Virus record (IMG/VR): IMGVR_UViG_3300034284_001491
Coordinates: 20,462-84,461 of that record
Source of the DNA: a virus
Strand: one strand, 5' to 3'
DNA: 64,000 nt
Numbering within the stretch: the stretch's first letter is position 1; each line of letters opens with the position of its first letter. The notes below the pieces were generated by a model, which saw nothing but the letters and a program-made list of their open reading frames with translations, ran no database searches and had not been told where the DNA came from. Below, piece by piece: positions 60,701 through 64,000 of this stretch. The translations under genes were made by a program, and so were the position numbers.

Positions 60701-62264
60701 AGAGTTACATCCTACATTTAATGCTTTAGTTGAGGTATTAGAAGATCCTAAGAATCAACCAAAAGATAAAACAAAAGCAAGTTTGTATGATTCTGTTTTT
60801 AAGAAGATTACAGTATTTGCAAATAAAAAGGGAATGAATACAAGAGCTAAAGCTACTAGAGCTTTTGTGGAAAGAAATTTCTATAATGTTCAACAAACTG
60901 GTTTTGGTTCTGATGTTACCTTTTTACAAAAAGCAAGTAGATTAATGATGGCTGGTGCATCATTTGGATTCTTTGCATTAGATATTGTTTCTGCAGTAAA
61001 GAATAGATTTGGTCAACAGATACAGCAAGCTATTGAATTAGCAGCAGGTAATAGTTATGATGCTCAAAGTTTCTTAAAAGGAAAAATTATTGCTTCAAAA
61101 GCAATGATGGAAGTAACTGCTTCAATTTATTCAAGAGGTAAGTTACCATATCATGTTCAACTTATAAATGCATTTGATCCGGCACAAGGTAGATTAGCAG
61201 AAAAACTACCTGAGATGATTACTAGAACAATCTATAAAGATGCTGTTGATCCTTTAAATGCTACAATGTCTCCAAGAAAATTCTTAGAGATGGAAGCTAC
61301 TTTAGAGTATTTCTATGGTGTAATGGAAAATACAAAAGTGGAACAGACAGTAAATGGTGTCACCACTTCAATACCATATCATGAAGCATTTGAATTAGTG
61401 GATGGAGTATTGAAATTAAGACAAGGAATTGATGAAAAATATGATCTTGGTGGTAGTGAGTTTAAAAGATTAAGATTATTCATACAAGAAAAACAAAATA
61501 TTCTAAATGGTGTGTTCTCAATTGCAGATCAACCAGAAGGTAACAGATATATATTCTATAGAATGTTTATGTTCTTAAGAAAGTTCTTTGTTACACAATT
61601 CCTAAATAGATTTGGTTATGGGGGATCAATATTCAATCCTAGATATAGAACTAATATAGCCACTGAATCATTAGAGATGGGTTATTGGTTACAATTTGCC
61701 AGAGGATTGAAAAACCTAATAACTACAATGGGTGACCATTATCATTATATGCTTCCTCAAGAGAGAGCAGCAATGAGAAAAGCTTTAGGTGAAATGGCAA
61801 TATTAACAATTTTATCTATTCTAATTCCTTGGATGCTTGGATGGGATGATGATGATGATGAAAAATATGCTAAACTTAGAGAAAGACAAGGTGGTCCACT
61901 TGGAAGTGAGAATTTCCAATTTGGTGGTTGGTTAGCTAATCATGCATTATATCAAACATTATCTGTAGCTCAAGAAAATACACAGTTCTACGATCTTAGT
62001 TTTTATTCAAGTATGGCAAGTAATTTCAATCTTGCTAATGGACCAACACTTAAAGCTTATGGTAAAATTTTAGATGATGTTTATGGAATGGTGACAGGAG
62101 AAGATAACGCATATTATAAGAAAGATGTGGGTCCATATCCTTGGCAAAAAGCTGAAAGTGCTAAAATATTTAACCACTTAGGTAAAATGTTTGCATTAAC
62201 AGGTAAGAATATAGATCCTGCACAAGCCACTAAAGATTTTATATCAGCACAAAATATATATTAA
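54717..62264 (+). CDS. Giant polyvalent ejection protein (ART-like, nucleotidyltransferase-like, zincin, long helical body, hydrophobic C-terminus)
   Basis: APNGNESQL N-terminal motif; FQG..YFA..A..YG..GYKG; SGS..DID; HEFSH..EE; C-terminal hydrophobic helix. Confidence 0.75.
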   Translation: MACKIQKDLDGNITSVLAPNGNESQLFNAIASSKSIDDALLDYASTYTSEFTNAVDKHFGKLDSNEIYDVNNEVKFEIYNKIMNPELTLLKDSGFGNVPNPLLEDFILQVIGYRKVFQGTNEEVDNRKFNYFALDRQEALMYGPNVRETIINTDGFLRVKDSRSQFRDLVYKFYDETGKYFDILRNDEEGLKTQNEFFQFLKDKGYKGLDYTGYIDNQYLITFTNQDLEANTTNSGELYTNYHDRVYRFRDAKPATQKSERNKEFDSKLRTGLLEFIKGLNININEEADDLLDTINSNPVAAFDTLQKYLALRSDITDKDLAVQSANIIYTMIGKKSKLSIELWHNIRKWSKYDEFYKYYLKKLDQNYNTNDKYDSEYILETGEEYKGKTKNNWVHRQVIIQFIAEAIKIGADSKYFGEKRENVDIDKDYFKKLGFRNKYEENVILKLINEILNFIREKFKGIKVIDKDLSQEQLLNLALDIVDDVYKKDYSKFIRSYIKDESGQVRSLKNQELFEIKNFEKTLNSDPFAKEIITRLFDNPFIDYKASGSLTLRKFGTLFRAVSENLHDIDGVITYDQFKKESNALAFKTWLQTEGLALQANYKKTKFTKTASKYLEQQSWYINLKNLYPSWTLESVFIGRDHKRAESVTITGYVEHPTDTEIVEETGETRPKRYVIDFFLRTTEDERFPEQFEDNYWKAWKGIFEAKLNMGRAKDINDLIYFEPFKQDKFKFTNKGFRYFSFADDRVVNQIEFNRQIEAETLAEQSIEDKIDTLSFNTIRKIADRLSESLGNIPYYIVDRSEAKKILEEAGETYDNEGAFFFNGEVYIVNDAFTLNNVVHEFSHPFVKALQKNNPALFDKLYNELIQTEEGKQIEETVKELYKKKREGSAGFKEEVFVRALTKRASDKLIKQESSSLFKKIIDKILFNLKQMLRKVFGKVKIEKLNVDTTLEELAEMLTTDTFNISIKDVRNLEAEFSRETARESAKYLKDNRRIELNESINDFFKLIRKNQAQIDQGIRSDSSFYQVFTNTETERPFQDIIRNLKPYQTIEPTSTSVTSAIDYRQMQVQAFVDNMFNYEEGLDQIADEINLIISEGRDSQFALNRYSYLKDILEASLKSFEDITEGFNNQNVPVNSPIYQLVNELTSKATNSIKAIKKQYQILLPEIIAPQLEGLNKTIIDSYNETISRLEKAGKDPEKIARLKKERDSYVRDKNYIAKVLAGEEPEPATLGLSAFVESAISSPDGLISSFARMYKEAMIDVELTAINNYNDFLKELDPLIDAAGISFKNISSLGSLITRVQQKGYIDPTTNEFTTRDIVELLSPFKDYHQVLSKFSYDMNKAQQDGEEEQYVELKRQKEEFIRNYMHSDYLPVVYTTDDVFNKTFTDSNGVVHEVGKIARQRRDVILEKIRAADSIVIDELEKLEISSRLKKDTLWSEYYALYNKYMPDGQPKDEVEMAITEVLLENRKARKEFFEWESDLESDSMPIKRFEKARNAFKSHIATRFEIDSPEYKEALKNWDILNTRKVIDKSFYTQKQRIIQEIREIYDKINNTSTLSASEKEKIAKQNEILENKLLMIVDQLYGYRDEENHPNGLLISAEKAAKIKEAQEEINKIQESLKAGSGLTRSEKYRLNILAERLASGEDLTQDEQDELESLDSRNLNSTVPKAIRQQLSRKFEELNELQSKYPTKYYLIAINYRIEQLNQKLKDAGKPESQLVKTLDIFNVDELTRDVSYMEHVMKKDPAFKKWFLANHIKGLEWDTESSNYIEVYKRIPIWTEITPNEPEFFRQMTLSDGEVVFGMPTLNYYKQNIKPEYATPEFDENGVRTKDVKGRWLPRVIPNSPYINQEYFDLKANNRPVFDLLEKITEYYFKFQEKAEPVDRLGYEIPRYERTRKELVESNAFISGKVSGIKANLTNILNKLKENPEDFDSGLSTEDKFRLITLDQFEDDKGKIHISGKVMLEEDQVSRDVITSIVRHMFSIESAAKKRELHPTFNALVEVLEDPKNQPKDKTKASLYDSVFKKITVFANKKGMNTRAKATRAFVERNFYNVQQTGFGSDVTFLQKASRLMMAGASFGFFALDIVSAVKNRFGQQIQQAIELAAGNSYDAQSFLKGKIIASKAMMEVTASIYSRGKLPYHVQLINAFDPAQGRLAEKLPEMITRTIYKDAVDPLNATMSPRKFLEMEATLEYFYGVMENTKVEQTVNGVTTSIPYHEAFELVDGVLKLRQGIDEKYDLGGSEFKRLRLFIQEKQNILNGVFSIADQPEGNRYIFYRMFMFLRKFFVTQFLNRFGYGGSIFNPRYRTNIATESLEMGYWLQFARGLKNLITTMGDHYHYMLPQERAAMRKALGEMAILTILSILIPWMLGWDDDDDEKYAKLRERQGGPLGSENFQFGGWLANHALYQTLSVAQENTQFYDLSFYSSMASNFNLANGPTLKAYGKILDDVYGMVTGEDNAYYKKDVGPYPWQKAESAKIFNHLGKMFALTGKNIDPAQATKDFISAQNIY

Positions 62265-62270
62265 TAACTT

Positions 62271-62408
62271 ATGAAAAAGTCAAATAGTACAAGTGTTAGA
62301 ATAGTTAAACCAAAAATTAGAAGAAAAGGAATACATAGCAAAAAAAAGAACTCTGGATTAAAGAGTTCTAAAAATTATACTAAACGTTATAGAGGACAAG
62401 GAAAATAG
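62271..62408 (+). CDS. Small highly basic peptide (45 aa) ending KRYRGQGK; not in ORF track
   Basis: MKKSNSTSVRIVKPKIRRKGIHSKKKNSGLKSSKNYTKRYRGQGK*. Starts 6 nt after the giant ORF and ends in the terminator. Confidence 0.7.
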   Translation: MKKSNSTSVRIVKPKIRRKGIHSKKKNSGLKSSKNYTKRYRGQGK

Positions 62409-62428
62409 GGGGATTATCTCCCCCTATT
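62404..62428. terminator. Hairpin between convergent modules (likely bidirectional terminator)
   Basis: Perfect 10-bp stem aataggggga-ttatc-tccccctatt at the +/- strand junction. Confidence 0.8.
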
Positions 62429-62431
62429 ACT

Positions 62432-62872
62432 TTACTTCAAAACTATTGGTGCAAGATTTGGTGATTGATATCTATCACTCTTTATAATCTTACCATCTTC
62501 TCTTCTTAATACTTTACCATCTTCTGTAAGCTTGGTCATATTACTTCTATGTATTTCATTAAATACATCAAGTATTATATCTTGCATACCGTGTGCTAAA
62601 ATAGTACCAAGAAGAATATAAAGTTTATCACCAAGAGCATCAGCAATTTCAACAATATCACCTTTTAATGCAGCATCTTTATATTCATCAAGTTCTTCTT
62701 TCATCAAATTGTATCTAAGCTCAACTTGTTCATTACTTAAATTAAATGGTGCATCTAAATATGATATTTCAAATGATCTATTAAACTCTTTTAGTTTTTC
62801 AAGTAGATCAGAGAAAGTTTCTTGATTCTTCATAAGATTCTTCATTAAGTTTATTAACTGTGTATTCTTCAA
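62432..62872 (-). CDS. MazG-like all-alpha NTP pyrophosphohydrolase (DR2231/PRA-PH-like, dUTPase-type); start may be a downstream Met
   Basis: EELDEY...EIADALGD...EIHRSNMTK...REDGKIIK. Confidence 0.85.
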   Translation of the reverse strand: MKNTQLINLMKNLMKNQETFSDLLEKLKEFNRSFEISYLDAPFNLSNEQVELRYNLMKEELDEYKDAALKGDIVEIADALGDKLYILLGTILAHGMQDIILDVFNEIHRSNMTKLTEDGKVLRREDGKIIKSDRYQSPNLAPIVLK

Positions 62873-63200
62873 CTCTATCTTCTAACATGGCTCTTAGAAT
62901 AAGGAGATAGTTAATACTATCTCCAATCTTTTCATTAATATGTCTTGTATCAAAATGACCATAAATTCCTCCACCTACTTCCACTGTATTGATCATATCT
63001 TTTACAGATTGTAAGTGTTTAGTTAGATAGTGCCATAAAACAGCTTCTTTGGTATCACAAAATGATATACCAATTGCCTGTTCAAAATTTGCAAAAAAGT
63101 TTTCATCAGTAGCATATTCTCTACCCTTTTTTCTAAGTGTAGATAAAGCTTCTTCTAAAAACTTGTCGGTGCTTTCAATAAAATCAATAGTTTTCATCAA
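62808..63200 (-). CDS. DUF1599-like nucleotide-modification-associated all-alpha protein
   Basis: KKGREYA..FANF..KH..EKIGDSINYLLIL pattern. Confidence 0.65.
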   Translation of the reverse strand: MMKTIDFIESTDKFLEEALSTLRKKGREYATDENFFANFEQAIGISFCDTKEAVLWHYLTKHLQSVKDMINTVEVGGGIYGHFDTRHINEKIGDSINYLLILRAMLEDRVEEYTVNKLNEESYEESRNFL

Positions 63201-63999
63201 ATAAATTTAATTGTTCAACATTAAAAACTGTGGGTACAATCTTACTAATCTCGTTTATAGCATTCTTAACATAATAATTATAGTTGATATCATAATAACT
63301 AATATCAATATTCGGATCAATTCTATTCACCAATTGCTGATGAATACTATTATCAGCTATTACACTAATTATTCTACCATCTGTAATATTATGCTTATAT
63401 AAACGTACACCTTTGTTTGCTACGTAGAATCTATTTATCTTCTGATAAATATTTAGAAATGAATCCTTTATCACCCAATCACCTTTAGACTTAATACCAA
63501 TACAATAATCAAAAATATTCTTATGGTTATTGATATCTTCTTGAGGTGAAACATCATGAATGAAATAATTATAAATCATTTTAGGTATAACAAGAGAGCT
63601 CTTATTCTTATGTAAAGCAAGTTCATTAAACTCAAATCTACCCTTACATTTTGTTTTAGATATAAAATATCTACCATCTTGCTCTTTAAAAATAAAATGA
63701 GGATTCTTCTTCATTTCTTTGTCATAATCTTCCTTACTTACTTCCACTTCTTTGAATTGTGCGATATAATTATTTACATCCGCAATAATCATTTTACTAT
63801 ACTGATCATGTTCTAATGATAGTTTAGTGATTTGTTCCCATTCTTTACATATCTCAAAATACTTATCAATATATTTAACTGGGATCATTGTCTCTAAACC
63901 ATCAGTGTTCTGCATTAATGGAATTGCATTTGGGATATTCTCACAAATCATTTCATAAAGCATGCATAAACTCAACTGACCGTTTATAGTAATACGCAT
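63184..63999 (-). CDS. Family B DNA polymerase, C-terminal part (gene continues beyond window)
   Basis: ITINGQL, catalytic QNTDG, DVNNYIA and KCKGRFE motifs of crAss-like PolB. Confidence 0.8.
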   Translation of the reverse strand: MRITINGQLSLCMLYEMICENIPNAIPLMQNTDGLETMIPVKYIDKYFEICKEWEQITKLSLEHDQYSKMIIADVNNYIAQFKEVEVSKEDYDKEMKKNPHFIFKEQDGRYFISKTKCKGRFEFNELALHKNKSSLVIPKMIYNYFIHDVSPQEDINNHKNIFDYCIGIKSKGDWVIKDSFLNIYQKINRFYVANKGVRLYKHNITDGRIISVIADNSIHQQLVNRIDPNIDISYYDINYNYYVKNAINEISKIVPTVFNVEQLNLFDENY

Positions 64000-64000
64000 A

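Noticed and set aside
991-63402. Short nested or antisense ORFs in the track (e.g. 991-1323, 1739-2134, 11331-11696, 48268-48594, 54273-54734)
   Set aside because: They lie within long genuine CDSs and have shadow-frame composition with no motifs.
1-64000. Stop-codon reassignment, known in some crAss-like phages
   Set aside because: Genes tile densely under the standard code with ORFs up to 10.8 kb. TGA ends several tightly coupled genes, and no fragmentation is seen.
1-64000. CRISPR array, tRNA/rRNA, transposase/integrase, self-splicing intron, DGR
   Set aside because: No spaced repeats, cloverleafs, RT, transposase or homing-endonuclease motifs seen, and the intergenic gaps are too short.
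1-64000. Impression of frequent CCACT/AGTGG words and scarce CpG
   Set aside because: Cannot be quantified by eye and may simply reflect codon usage. It needs a Markov-corrected k-mer count.

Overview
AT-rich 64-kb segment of a large crAss-like (Crassvirales-related) phage, probably infecting Bacteroidota. The standard genetic code fits. The + strand (1-62408) carries the virion module in crAss-type order: portal C-terminus, probable scaffold, major capsid protein, ring/adaptor and auxiliary proteins, Cys-rich fibres, a metallophosphoesterase, an IHF/HU-like protein, tail ring/tubular and muzzle proteins. About 40 kb of giant internal/ejected proteins follow, including a 3616-aa virion RNA polymerase (DYDID motif). 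A convergent - strand module starts at the right edge (MazG-like pyrophosphatase, DUF1599-like protein, family B DNA polymerase end). Four observations stand out. (1) The three consecutive giant ejection proteins (~8160 aa) appear to contain only four cysteines, all at the facing termini ('...CNL' then 'MAC...'), suggesting head-to-tail covalent chaining. (2) A recurring [YFM]-x-x-GG motif punctuates two cargo proteins into modules and also occurs in two of three unannotated tiny basic proteins, suggesting a processing or packaging signal. (3) The ejected proteins carry many enzyme cassettes (ART, NTase, nuclease, P-loop, SLOG, zincins, three wall hydrolases), some bounded by repeated Pro/Thr linkers. 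(4) A phage-specific promoter-like motif recurs upstream of late genes. All family assignments come from motif recognition and synteny by eye; no database searches were run.
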